NCBI GenBank assembly: GCA_020724845.1
Contig: DYGE01000003.1
Coordinates: 1,377-65,376 of the forward strand
Length of the DNA: 64,000 bases
From: Candidatus Paceibacter sp.
GTDB lineage: Bacteria; Patescibacteriota; Minisyncoccia; UBA6257; 02-FULL-45-10c
Direction of reading: 5' to 3'
Of this stretch, positions 17,519-26,972 are shown piece by piece. The notes below the pieces were generated by a model. The model worked only from the letters and a program-made list of their open reading frames with translations. It was not told the origin of the DNA and made no database searches. Each line of letters starts with the position of its first letter. Positions within the stretch are counted from its first letter, which is position 1. The translations under genes and the position numbers were made by a program.

Positions 17519-19729
17519 TTATAATTTTTTATTGCGCAAAAGCATTGCGTTAACTGCCACGATAACCGTAGAGAATGACATCAGGATTGCCGCCACAGCC
17601 GGCTGAAGCAGAATGCCTTTGAAAGCCAGCGCTCCGGCCGCAAGGGGAATAGCAATAACATTGTATCCGGTAGCCCAAAAGAGATTCTGGATCATCTTTG
17701 AATAGGTGAGCCGCGAGAGCTTGATTATCTTGGCGATATCGCGCGGGTCGTTTTTCACCAGGATAATGCCAGCTGATTCAATTGCCACGTTTGTCCCGGC
17801 TCCGATAGCGATGCCGAGATCGGCTTGAGTCAGGGCCGGAGCGTCGTTAACGCCGTCTCCGACCATCGCGACTTTCTGGTCTTCAGCCTGCAGTAATTTT
17901 ACAATCTCTGATTTTTTCTCCGGCAGGACTCGGGAGAAATATTTATCTATCCCAAGCTCTCCGGCTACCCATTTAGCCACATCTTCCGCGTCTCCGGTAA
18001 TCATAGCAGTCTTGATTCCCATTTTTTGCAAGCTTTTAACTGCCTCTCGGGATTCTTCTCGAATAATGTCGGCTAGCGCGATGGCGCCGATCACCTGGCT
18101 GTTTACAACTACGAAATTGACTGTCTTGCCTTGTTTCTCAAGTTCTTTCACTTCATTATTGAATTTTTCCTGGAGCGCGACCTTCGCGTCTTCAATTAAA
18201 GTCCTGCTTCCGACAAGCACTTCTTTATTGTTGATTTTTGCCTTTATGCCTTTGCCGGGAATTCTTTGAAAATCCTTTACTTCTGAAAGAGTGATTTCTT
18301 TTATCTCAGCTTCTTTCACAGTTGCTTTGGCAATGGGATGTTCGGAATGGCTGTTAGCTGACGCGGAATATCGCAGTACCTGATTCTCATCTCCGTCTTT
18401 TACGGCGATGACTCGGTCAATGCCGAACTCTCCGCGGGTCAGCGTTCCGGTTTTATCAAACAGCACTATATCAAGATTCCTGGCCGCTTCCAGCGCCAGC
18501 CGCTGTTTAACCAAGAATCCGTTCTTGGCCGCTTTAGTAGTTGAAATTGAGGCAACTAAAGGTATAGCCAGGCCCAGAGCGTGCGGGCAGGTGATGACAA
18601 GCACGGCTACCATTCTTTCAATAGCGAAGGCCGTATCGGCGGCCGCCAGCCAGGCGGCGAAAGTGATGCTTCCGACTACCACTGCGATAATGGTCAGGTA
18701 ATAGGCCGCCCGGTCGGAAAGCAACTGCAGGCGGGACTTTGACGCCTGGGCTTCCTGGACTAAGCGCATAACTCCGGCTAGGAAGGTATCTTCGCCAATT
18801 TTAGTGACGTTGATTTTTAACGAACCGTCGCCGTTTATGGTGCCGGCAATGACATCATCGCCCGGTTTTTTGGCGATCGGCTTGGATTCGCCGGTGGCGA
18901 TTGATTCGTTTACATCGGAAAGCCCTTCTTTAACAACTCCATCGGTTGGAATCTTGCCTCCCGGCTTTACCAAGACAAGGTCTCCGGCTTTCACTTCGGA
19001 AAGAGGAATGATTTTAGCGACACCATCCTGAATAACTTCCGCTTGGTCCGGCAGAAGTTTGGAAAGCTCCTTGAGGGCGCTCTGCGCTCCGGTTACCGCT
19101 CGCATTTCCATCCAGTGCCCGAGAAGCATGACTGTGATCAAAGTCGCCAGTTCCCAAAATAGAGTTTTTCCTTCGCCCACAAAAGTTATATAGGCGCTAT
19201 AAATGTAGGCCGTGGAAATAGCGAGAGCAATCAGAGTCATCATTCCGGGGAGTTTTGCTCTAAGCTCTCGGTAAGCGGAGGCGATAAATATCCAGCCGCC
19301 GTAGAAGAAAATTACGGACGCTAAAACAAATGGAAGGTAATCCGATCCCGGGAATCGCGGCGCCTGGTATCCAAGGAGATCCTGGGCCACTTCGGCATAG
19401 AGCACGACTGGGATGGAAAGGATAAAGCTTACCCAGAATTTCGTTTTGAAGATGTTAGTTGAATGGCCTCCATGCTTGGAATACTCTTCCTTGCTTTCTT
19501 TTGCGGGCATCGGCAGCAATTTCATCCCACACTCTGGACAAATTCCCGGCCCATCCTGAACCACGTTTGGATGCATTGGGCAGGTATATTTTTTCGCCAA
19601 TTGTTTTTTCGGCTTTGCCGAGGTCGGCATCAGATTCATTCCGCATTCCGGGCATAGTCCAGGACTGTCCTGGACAATCTCCGGATGCATCGGGCAGGTG
19701 TATTGTTTTGAATTTTGATTGTGTTCCAT
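17519..19729 (-). CDS. Heavy-metal P1B-type ATPase (CopB-like)
   Basis: Two YTCPMHP..CPECGM domains, TGES, CPH, DKTGT, GDGVND. Confidence 0.95.
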   Translation of the reverse strand: MEHNQNSKQYTCPMHPEIVQDSPGLCPECGMNLMPTSAKPKKQLAKKYTCPMHPNVVQDGPGICPECGMKLLPMPAKESKEEYSKHGGHSTNIFKTKFWVSFILSIPVVLYAEVAQDLLGYQAPRFPGSDYLPFVLASVIFFYGGWIFIASAYRELRAKLPGMMTLIALAISTAYIYSAYITFVGEGKTLFWELATLITVMLLGHWMEMRAVTGAQSALKELSKLLPDQAEVIQDGVAKIIPLSEVKAGDLVLVKPGGKIPTDGVVKEGLSDVNESIATGESKPIAKKPGDDVIAGTINGDGSLKINVTKIGEDTFLAGVMRLVQEAQASKSRLQLLSDRAAYYLTIIAVVVGSITFAAWLAAADTAFAIERMVAVLVITCPHALGLAIPLVASISTTKAAKNGFLVKQRLALEAARNLDIVLFDKTGTLTRGEFGIDRVIAVKDGDENQVLRYSASANSHSEHPIAKATVKEAEIKEITLSEVKDFQRIPGKGIKAKINNKEVLVGSRTLIEDAKVALQEKFNNEVKELEKQGKTVNFVVVNSQVIGAIALADIIREESREAVKSLQKMGIKTAMITGDAEDVAKWVAGELGIDKYFSRVLPEKKSEIVKLLQAEDQKVAMVGDGVNDAPALTQADLGIAIGAGTNVAIESAGIILVKNDPRDIAKIIKLSRLTYSKMIQNLFWATGYNVIAIPLAAGALAFKGILLQPAVAAILMSFSTVIVAVNAMLLRNKKL

Positions 19730-19759
19730 TTTATTGTCTTAATTTTCTAATTATTTTTA

Positions 19760-20674
19760 TTATACTCCGCAACTGCCGCTGCCGCCAATTTTTTCCGGTT
19801 CCACTGCTGACAAGATTTGCCTATATCCCTGAGCGCTGGAATACGCTGATCCTAGGACTTCTTTCGGATTTACTTCATTCCAAGCAATGCCTTTCTGATG
19901 GAAATAAGAGGCAATTATTAGGTAGGTGTCCGGGAACCAGTAAGAATTAACCTGGAGCGCCATCTGGTATAGTTCGTCTTCATTCAGGCCCTGGGAAGCG
20001 CCTAGCTCCAAAAGGCCAAGCATTGCCATTCCATGATTGCAATCCGGAAAATGGGTTGAATTTCCGCAACAGGGGCGGTAGATATTTTTAGCGGCCTTTT
20101 CCACTAATTTTTGCTGTTCCGAGTTAAGCGGCAGCAAGGAATGCCTGCTGTAGTGGTCCATCGCTTTTCCTTTGGAAAGAGGCCAGCCGCCGGTGGAGGC
20201 GAATTGTCCGGCGTCGCTTCCGTAAACCGGGCTGACCATTGGCCCTTCTTCCAGGATTGGGTTTTGGTTGGCGAGCCCGAGCGCCCACAGGAGATTCAGC
20301 AAAAAACTAGCATTTTTTTCATTGATTTCTAGCCGGCCGTTGTCTGTTTCATAAAGAAGACGCCTCGACTCTTCATTAAGCCCGCCTCTTTGGTCGTAAA
20401 GTATGGCCAACTTTGTTTTGTCAATGACTCCGCTTTCAATTAACTTCCTGCCGAGATCGCTCCAGCGGACCGGCAGCGTCACTCCGTTTACTGGCCGAAC
20501 TGATTGATCTAAGTTTTCCGTGTTTACTTCTATGACTTGCTGGTCTTTTCTAGGGTTCAAAAGGGGATTGCTGTTCATCGCTGATGTCAGTAACTGTGCC
20601 AGCAACAGAATGCCAGCTAGTAACAGAACCGCCAATGCCCAGCTTTTCAAAGGTTCAAATTTTGGTGTTTCCAT
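19760..20674 (-). CDS. Exported Cys-motif protein
   Basis: N-terminal TM; RPCC..DCNH; C-terminal SCGV. Confidence 0.75.
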   Translation of the reverse strand: METPKFEPLKSWALAVLLLAGILLLAQLLTSAMNSNPLLNPRKDQQVIEVNTENLDQSVRPVNGVTLPVRWSDLGRKLIESGVIDKTKLAILYDQRGGLNEESRRLLYETDNGRLEINEKNASFLLNLLWALGLANQNPILEEGPMVSPVYGSDAGQFASTGGWPLSKGKAMDHYSRHSLLPLNSEQQKLVEKAAKNIYRPCCGNSTHFPDCNHGMAMLGLLELGASQGLNEDELYQMALQVNSYWFPDTYLIIASYFHQKGIAWNEVNPKEVLGSAYSSAQGYRQILSAVEPEKIGGSGSCGV

Positions 20675-20679
20675 AATTT

Positions 20680-21540
20680 TTATTCCAATGTATTTCTTTC
20701 CATCTTATAGAGAAAGAAAAGAAATATGCCGGTGATGATAATTGCCCAGATAATTTCCGGTAATTTAGTCAGAGTTTCCAGTAAATTTTGCGACCAGGCG
20801 TTTAAGGCATTGCCGATCCCGACTTGAACGGCCGGCGCCCAGAAGGCGTCTCCGGAGAAGGCTAGGGCGAGTAGTATAACTCCCATCGCGAAAAAGACTG
20901 CTCCGGCAAGAAGGTTGGTGGAATGAACGTAGAACGTTTTTGCGCCAATTTTAAATTCCAGCATTTTCCCCTGGATTAATTTTGATTCTTCAATCTTGAA
21001 GCGGTCGTAGAAGTAAGCAGCGATGAACAGCGGGAAGGTCATTCCGAACACGTAGGCGAAAGTTACAATCAGCGCCTTCCAGAAAGTTCCGGAGATAACC
21101 GCGAGCGTTACCGCGCCAGCCAGCACCGGGGCGCAGCAGGAAGTGGCGGCTCCGGAAAATATTCCAAGCAGGAATACGGACTTTGGATCCGATCCGCTCA
21201 TCTTCGGGGTTAAGCGCTTCGGCATTGGAATCATGGCCAGGCCTTTTCCTCTAACAGCTAATACGGCAAGGAGAATCATTAAGAGTCCGCCGAAAATGTA
21301 CATTTCGCTGTGGTAATCGCGGAAGAACTGCGCCAGGCCGGCCGCCCCTAGTCCGATTGGCACCAGGATAACCGCGATGCCGGCGAAAAAGATAAAGGTC
21401 ATCTTTAAGATATTCTTTTTCTCCCGAAAGGCGGAGGCAAGGTAAGCTGGTAGAAGCACAGTTATGCAGCAGGGAGCGAAAAGCGCTACCATCCCCGCGA
21501 TGAAAGCGGCGATAATTGATGCTGAAAAGATTATGTCCAT
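20680..21540 (-). CDS. CcdA/DsbD-family thiol-disulfide transporter
   Basis: FAPCC..LLPAY and TSCCAPVL; multi-TM. Confidence 0.88.
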   Translation of the reverse strand: MDIIFSASIIAAFIAGMVALFAPCCITVLLPAYLASAFREKKNILKMTFIFFAGIAVILVPIGLGAAGLAQFFRDYHSEMYIFGGLLMILLAVLAVRGKGLAMIPMPKRLTPKMSGSDPKSVFLLGIFSGAATSCCAPVLAGAVTLAVISGTFWKALIVTFAYVFGMTFPLFIAAYFYDRFKIEESKLIQGKMLEFKIGAKTFYVHSTNLLAGAVFFAMGVILLALAFSGDAFWAPAVQVGIGNALNAWSQNLLETLTKLPEIIWAIIITGIFLFFLYKMERNTLE

Positions 21541-21542
21541 CG

Positions 21543-22049
21543 CTATCGGCTTACCATTGCCTGGAAGAAAAGTTCCAGTTTTGGCGAGGCGACTGAATTG
21601 GTTTCTAAATAGATCGACCTTTGGGCAAGCCCGACGCCGGACGGCCCGTGCGCAGCCGGGTCAAAAATAGCTTCAACGGTTACTGTTTCTCCCGGCAGAA
21701 CTTCCACGTTTGTTTTGGAATTGGCATGGCCTGGCATCCCGAACTCTCCGTACTTGCCGCCGGAACTGTCCGTGATTAACGCGGTAGTGCACATGCAGGA
21801 GGTGTACACCTTTTCAATGATTACCGATTCCGGCCCCTCATTTTTCAGAGTAAAATTGTGAGATACATTTCCATTTGCCATTGAGATAGCCCCGAAATCA
21901 AAGCGGATTTCTTCCGCTGTCAGCGCGCTGGCGGAATAGGTAATCGGTTCTCGGGCATCGCTTCCGATATTGGAAGCTAAGGCAATCAAAGCGGCAAGAA
22001 AGAACGCGCCGGCTCCGAATGCTATAAAATTGTTATTTTTGTTTTTCAT
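21543..22049 (-). CDS. DUF1573-like Ig-fold protein
   Basis: FDFG, LKN.G, TSCMCT, PGET. Confidence 0.8.
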   Translation of the reverse strand: MKNKNNNFIAFGAGAFFLAALIALASNIGSDAREPITYSASALTAEEIRFDFGAISMANGNVSHNFTLKNEGPESVIIEKVYTSCMCTTALITDSSGGKYGEFGMPGHANSKTNVEVLPGETVTVEAIFDPAAHGPSGVGLAQRSIYLETNSVASPKLELFFQAMVSR

Positions 22050-22135
22050 AAATTAAAACACCCGTTCAGAATTTTGAACGGGTGTATAATGATTAATTTC
22101 TTTAATAGTAAAGACTCTGATTAAATCAGGTTAAA

Positions 22136-22564
22136 TCACACACCCAAAGAATAAGAGTGCGGATCTCTTTTATAATGAATTGAAAACCAGTCAAGGAATT
22201 GGCTAAACGGTATGGAATAAGAATTAGCGTTGGCCAAGCGGCTTTGGTATAAAGAAGCCGATTCCGAGATATTGTTTTTTGAAAGTTTAGAGTAGACCAA
22301 ATAAGCCGCAGCCATAGCGGAAACAATAAGCAATATTAGCGCGTCGGCGTTCAATGTAAATTTCGCGAGATTCTGCAGGCCGGAAGCGTGGTGTAAGGCG
22401 AGGGCTAAAACTCCGCCAACCGGAGGGCAACTATTTCCGGATAACAAGTTGACTGGGCAATTGTGGCCGCTGGAGTGGTCAACCATGCTCAATCCAAAGA
22501 AGCTAAAGGTGCCAATTACGAATAGCGCCGCAATTATTAGAATAGAAACGATTTTTAGTTGCAT
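22136..22564 (-). CDS. Membrane protein with H..H.CP..CP motif, first gene of the metal operon
   Basis: TATAAT 6 nt before ATG 22564; two TMs. Confidence 0.7.
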   Translation of the reverse strand: MQLKIVSILIIAALFVIGTFSFFGLSMVDHSSGHNCPVNLLSGNSCPPVGGVLALALHHASGLQNLAKFTLNADALILLIVSAMAAAYLVYSKLSKNNISESASLYQSRLANANSYSIPFSQFLDWFSIHYKRDPHSYSLGV

Positions 22565-22707
22565 AGCGATATTATAGCTCGGTGAATCCACCAAGACAAG
22601 TGCCGCCATAAACTTGTTGCAACCTTGCGTAATTTCTTATATCATATAAAAATATTGAAAATTCAATATATATTCCCCGGTAGCTCAGCGGTAGAGCGGC
22701 GCGCTGT

Positions 22708-23274
22708 GAATAACTAAGTTTGTCTTTTCTGGTATAATCAATTGTGTATGCCAGAAAGGAGAACATATGCCGACCGTGCTGAATATTTAAAACAGGCTGT
22801 TACCAAGAGGAGAAGAAAACTCAAGGTGATGCTTGTAGAATATAAAGGCGGTAAATGTAGGATTTGTGGCTACAAGAAGACCCATTGGGCGCTTGATCTT
22901 CATCATATCGATGCCTCCAAAAAAGAATTTGGATTATCAGTACGAGGATTAACGCGCTCTTGGGAAAAGCTTAAACAAGAGGCAGATAAATGCATACTTG
23001 TTTGTGCTAATTGCCATAGAGAAATACACGCAGGCATTACGCAGCCTTCTAAAGTAATTTAGATTGAATAACGAGGTGAATTCGGTGAAGTCCATCTATT
23101 GATGGATAATACCGAGCCAAGGTCGCTTTAGGCGACAAGGTGTAGAGACTATCCCACAAGGGAGTAGGTTGTAGTCCCCAAAAAGATTTACATCCGAAGC
23201 GCCTCGCCACGTGATCTAAGAAGATTTTACGTGGATGATATAGTCCACCCCTATTAGTAATAGTAGGATAAGTG
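22708..23274 (+). ncRNA. Group I intron (567 nt) at tRNA position 35/36
   Basis: Preceded by U and ends in G. IGS GCAGC (23041-45) pairs the exon GCTGT. P3 CGAGG/CCTCG, P4 TTCGGT/ACCGAG, R GTAGAGACTA, S GATATAGTCC. Confidence 0.92.
22748..23062 (+). CDS. Intron-encoded HNH (homing) endonuclease
   Basis: CRICGY..LDLHH..KC.LVCANCHREIH; extended -10 TGGTATAAT just upstream. Confidence 0.88.
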   Translation: MPERRTYADRAEYLKQAVTKRRRKLKVMLVEYKGGKCRICGYKKTHWALDLHHIDASKKEFGLSVRGLTRSWEKLKQEADKCILVCANCHREIHAGITQPSKVI

Positions 23275-23300
23275 TAACGCGACGGTCGTAGGTTCGATCC

Positions 23301-24893
23301 CTACCCGGGGAGCCATATCGGACGAACGGAGTCAAAAGCTCCGTTTTTCTGTTTATTCATGCCACTTACAGCAGGTTCTAACCGAGAATTCTCTGCAACA
23401 CCCACGAATGAGACATTTTGCAGGGGTATCAGGTATTTGGCCATATCAATACGCAGTTTTTTGTCTTGTAGGAGAAGGTTCGAACCGAGCGCTTTTAGAA
23501 TGCTTCGTTTGGTTTCTATGCTTCCTTCCTGGTAGGCGGCGTGCGCATATTTGGCAAAGGTGAAAATCTTTTCTGCGTTCTCCATCCAGGCGTCTACACG
23601 GCGGTCCGTATCCTGTAAAAGTCCCTGGAATTTGTTTTTCTGCTTCTCAAGCTCCCTGCGTTTGCTCTTGTATTCGTCTTCGGTGATCTCGCCAGCCGCG
23701 CGCATGTCAATCAAATTGTCCAGCTTGCTCACTACGATGTTGTAGTTTCTTTGCTGGGTTTCCAAGATTATGTTGCGGTCGCTTGATTCTTTGGCGTTTT
23801 CTTCCTGAAGCCACTTCATGGCCCAGCTATGAAAGTTAGCGGGTATCTCAATGCTTTTCAAAAGTTCGGCAACCTGGCTTTCCAATGCTTTTATTTCCAG
23901 CGACCGCTGGGAGCAGGGACCTTTGCGCTTGGTGCAGTGGTAGTAGAGGTAATAATGGACGTTGCCGTTTTTCGGCCGTTTGACCTTGTCCTCGGCCGTC
24001 ACGTAACAGCCGCACTCTCCGCAGTGGATCATACCCGTATAGGCAAACTTTTTCTGACGTGGGCGTTGCTTTCCTTTTCTGCCCAGGTGCGCCTGGATGC
24101 GGTCGAAGTCTTCTTCGGTGATCATGGCGGGATGCCCGCCTTTGTACCAGTTGCCTGAACCTTTCGGGTATTCAAATTCGCCATAGTAAAATGGATCGGA
24201 CATGGCGCGGTAGAAGGTGCTCTTGGCCATCTTCTTTCCATTTGGCATGCGCAAACCCCATTCTTCGGTAGCAATCTTGTGAATTCTGGGAGCGGTGTAC
24301 ACGCCCTCCAGAACCATGGCGAACATCCGCTTTATTAAATCAAACCGCTTCGGGTCTTTTTTGATAATCTTTTGTCCTTTCTTGCGGTCTGGCGTATTCA
24401 TATAGCCGACAGGCGCAGGTCCTGGATACCAGCCGTTCTCGGCTTTGCGCTTGAGCTCCCGCTTTACATTTACAGAAAGGTCGCGGATAAACTGGTTGGC
24501 CATGCCGAGCTCAACGCTCATCATAAGTACGTTGTCGGTCGGGTAATAACTGCGGTCGTAGGTTTTGATATGGCGGATGACGTTTTGCTGGAGCATCCAG
24601 CTGATGTTTCCGCCGTCCACGGGATTGCGGGCCAGACGGTCCAGCTTCCAGCAGAGAATTCCCTGGGCTTCGCCGTTGGTAATCCGCGTGAGCATTTCGT
24701 TGAAAACAGGACGGCCTGGTGCTTTGGCTGACTGGGATTCGGTAAAGATGTGAACGATATTGATACCGTCACGCTGGGCCATTTCTTTGAGCACATCCAG
24801 CTGGGAATCAATGGAGGCTACCTGGCGGTCTTCCGCTTCCGATGATTTGCGGGCGTAGAGAAAGTATTTGAGTTGTGGCGTTAATCTCTCCAT
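23301..24893 (-). CDS. Large serine recombinase (integrase)
   Basis: YARKSS, ES.SAK..GRP.F, DRLARN, recombinase domain, CGEC..YYHC zinc ribbon. The stop lies inside the tRNA. Confidence 0.95.
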   Translation of the reverse strand: MERLTPQLKYFLYARKSSEAEDRQVASIDSQLDVLKEMAQRDGINIVHIFTESQSAKAPGRPVFNEMLTRITNGEAQGILCWKLDRLARNPVDGGNISWMLQQNVIRHIKTYDRSYYPTDNVLMMSVELGMANQFIRDLSVNVKRELKRKAENGWYPGPAPVGYMNTPDRKKGQKIIKKDPKRFDLIKRMFAMVLEGVYTAPRIHKIATEEWGLRMPNGKKMAKSTFYRAMSDPFYYGEFEYPKGSGNWYKGGHPAMITEEDFDRIQAHLGRKGKQRPRQKKFAYTGMIHCGECGCYVTAEDKVKRPKNGNVHYYLYYHCTKRKGPCSQRSLEIKALESQVAELLKSIEIPANFHSWAMKWLQEENAKESSDRNIILETQQRNYNIVVSKLDNLIDMRAAGEITEDEYKSKRRELEKQKNKFQGLLQDTDRRVDAWMENAEKIFTFAKYAHAAYQEGSIETKRSILKALGSNLLLQDKKLRIDMAKYLIPLQNVSFVGVAENSRLEPAVSGMNKQKNGAFDSVRPIWLPG

Positions 24894-24895
24894 GG

Positions 24896-25660
24896 TTATT
24901 GCCGATAATTTTGCAGCGCTTCGCTTTCCAAGGCGTCATAGTAAAGACCGATCGTGTTCTCGTAGCTGAAGATAAACCCGCTTTCGGTAATACCGATCTG
25001 GATAAACGGCGCACGGTCTGCTTCTACACCTTCTGGTAGCAGGTTCTGGTATTCCATGTCATTCCAGGTGAAGAAGTAGTTCGCGCCGTCTGGACCGCCA
25101 GACTTGTCACCGATCTCATACTGGCGGATGTTGCTTGTCAGCTGTTCAAAATCTGGCTCTACCCGCTCAAGAAACTGGAGTACAAGCTTGCTTAATTCGC
25201 CCTGACTTTTAACGTCGCAGGGCTTGTCATCGCAGAATCCGTAGTGTGGTTTGCGGTGAAAGGCAATGACCTTGCCAGTAGCCGAATCTACCTCGGCGGT
25301 TCCGCCCTGATCATCGGTAAAGTTTATTATTTTTTCCTCAACCACTCGGTCTCCGCGGATGCCCTCATAGGTAACCAGGCCAAAGTTCCCAGAACGGCCG
25401 TAGGCGTCTCTTGGTTCGAAGGTAAAGCTGGCACCCTCTGTAATGCCATAGATGCGGTTGGCTACGTCCAGAATGCCACGCAGGGCCTCGGTGGCCTGTT
25501 CTTTTTCTGCCTCGCTTACGGTTTCCCTCTCTTGGGCCACATCACCCGAAAGCGGTGCTTTGTCTGCCGTAAGGCTGTAAATCCCGTAACCTGCCCCAAA
25601 GACCGCAACAAGGGCGATTACGGCGTAAATTATGGTTTTATTTTTCATAAGTGTGTTCAT
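24896..25660 (-). CDS. Hypothetical exported/membrane-anchored protein
   Basis: 254-aa ORF with N-terminal TM. Confidence 0.7.
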   Translation of the reverse strand: MNTLMKNKTIIYAVIALVAVFGAGYGIYSLTADKAPLSGDVAQERETVSEAEKEQATEALRGILDVANRIYGITEGASFTFEPRDAYGRSGNFGLVTYEGIRGDRVVEEKIINFTDDQGGTAEVDSATGKVIAFHRKPHYGFCDDKPCDVKSQGELSKLVLQFLERVEPDFEQLTSNIRQYEIGDKSGGPDGANYFFTWNDMEYQNLLPEGVEADRAPFIQIGITESGFIFSYENTIGLYYDALESEALQNYRQ

Positions 25661-25694
25661 TACGTTAATTGTTTAATTTTTCGACCTGGTGAGC

Positions 25695-25883
25695 GTGGGT
25701 CGCAGGCTCTAACAGCAACATGGTCCCAAGCCCGAAAGAAGTCAAACAATACAAAAAGGGACAGCCAGAGCCTGCGACCCACAGTCTTGGAATGCACGAA
25801 GGCACCCAATTGTGGAGGATGGCTGCCCCTTTCAGCCCGCAATTGGGCTTCAAAAGAAGCACAGCCATCGTGCAATATTCCAA
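25695..25883 (-). ncRNA. Candidate structured leader/ncRNA
   Basis: 16-bp perfect inverted repeat plus crossing (pseudoknot-order) helices. Confidence 0.4.
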
Positions 25884-26027
25884 AACTGTAGGTCGCACCT
25901 TTATAATGGCACTTACAGCGTTATTTTTCAATGTTTTTATGCGGGCGAAGGTAAAAACCTGTACCGATTTTGTCCGCCTTTTATCCGATTTATTTTGGTC
26001 GCTTTTAATGGTCATAAGGTTGTTTCT

Positions 26028-26172
26028 TACCGATGTTTTACCGATGGTCTACCGATGGTTGATAGGGTCGAAATACCTGAAGTTTCCCTGAAGTCTTCCT
26101 GAAGTTTTGGTGAAGAATTGGTGAAGTTCTGGTGCAACCCAGACTGCCGAATCCACCGAAGTTTTACCGAAG
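26028..26172. repeat. 11-bp-period direct repeats (iteron-like)
   Basis: TACCGATG x3, CCTGAAGT x3, GGTG(A/C)A x3, ACCGAAG x2, each set at 11-bp spacing. Confidence 0.8.
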
Positions 26173-26251
26173 TCCATAATTGTTTGTTTTTGACGCGCTT
26201 TGCGCGTATTACTTATACTTTCTTAATCTTCTTTCTTACTTATATCTCTAC

Positions 26252-26701
26252 TTAATCAGGTGGCCGTAGTGGCTCGCGGTCAAGCGTCATGTTGGTCTCT
26301 GACCGCAGACCACCATGGTCTCTGGTGCCGTGGAGCAGTTTTCTGTTTACGCGGTACATGGTTGTTGGCCACAGACCGCTCTCAGTCCGCACTTTCCTCG
26401 TCTCAATCAGGCCCAGACTTCTAAGCTTCCGCCTGGTTCTGACGCAGGTACTGCCCCCGAATCCATAGGCGGCAAAGCCTAATACCTTACCCTCTTTGGT
26501 TTCGAAGCTCTTATCCGTATGCCAGAACCAGCCATCCTTAGTCGCAAAGCGGTTAGAAAGACTACATAATCTGAACAGAAAATCCCGCTCAGCGTGACTG
26601 AGCTTCTTTCGCAGAGTTTCATTATCGTAGACAAGATGAGGCGCGAAGAAACAGTTTTCGTGCCTATTCTCTGATTGTTGTTTGTGATCCATAGTTTTCA
26701 T
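26252..26701 (-). CDS. Winged-HTH replication-initiator-like protein
   Basis: GWFWHT..R.R.KL..LGLIE..T.Y.VN pattern, typical of phage/plasmid HTH Rep N-termini; adjacent to the iteron-like repeats. Confidence 0.55.
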   Translation of the reverse strand: MKTMDHKQQSENRHENCFFAPHLVYDNETLRKKLSHAERDFLFRLCSLSNRFATKDGWFWHTDKSFETKEGKVLGFAAYGFGGSTCVRTRRKLRSLGLIETRKVRTESGLWPTTMYRVNRKLLHGTRDHGGLRSETNMTLDREPLRPPD

Positions 26702-26972
26702 CAAGTATTTCAGTCACTTTGTTGCCAACCGCTTCTTCCATAGCTCTGCCGACCTCAGAGCTGATCGGATGGAAGGTATTCAGGTTCTTTTCGCCGACTT
26801 TCCGTGTCGGGTAAACCAGGCGGTATCCTGTACCGTCCAGGCGGGTATAGACAGCGACCGACCCGATCCAGAATTTCCCGTCAATCACGAAGGAGACAAA
26901 GCCCACGTGGCCGTCTCTGGGTTTGACGGGTACAAACTGAATTTCACTGATTTTTGTTGGTGTCTGGCTCAT
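26664..26972 (-). CDS. SpoVG-like nucleic-acid-binding protein
   Basis: KISEI..GF.S..ID..I..V....YP....F.PI pattern. Confidence 0.65.
   Translation of the reverse strand: MSQTPTKISEIQFVPVKPRDGHVGFVSFVIDGKFWIGSVAVYTRLDGTGYRLVYPTRKVGEKNLNTFHPISSEVGRAMEEAVGNKVTEILDENYGSQTTIRE

Larger units (their letters stand above)
22674..23315 (+). tRNA. tRNA-Asn(GTT), intron-split (exon 1 22674-22707, exon 2 23275-23315)
   Basis: Acceptor stem TCCCCGG/CCGGGGA, D arm GCTC/GAGC, anticodon stem CGCG/CGCG with loop CTGT|TAA, T arm GTAGG-TTCGATC-CCTAC, encoded CCA. Confidence 0.95.

Noticed and set aside
25244-26102. Several overlapping ORFs of 70-215 aa
   Set aside because: They are antisense to a real gene or span structured and repeat DNA, with no recognisable motifs.
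26028-26172. Possible CRISPR array
   Set aside because: Units are 7-8 bp at 11-bp period with no spacers, and there are no cas genes.
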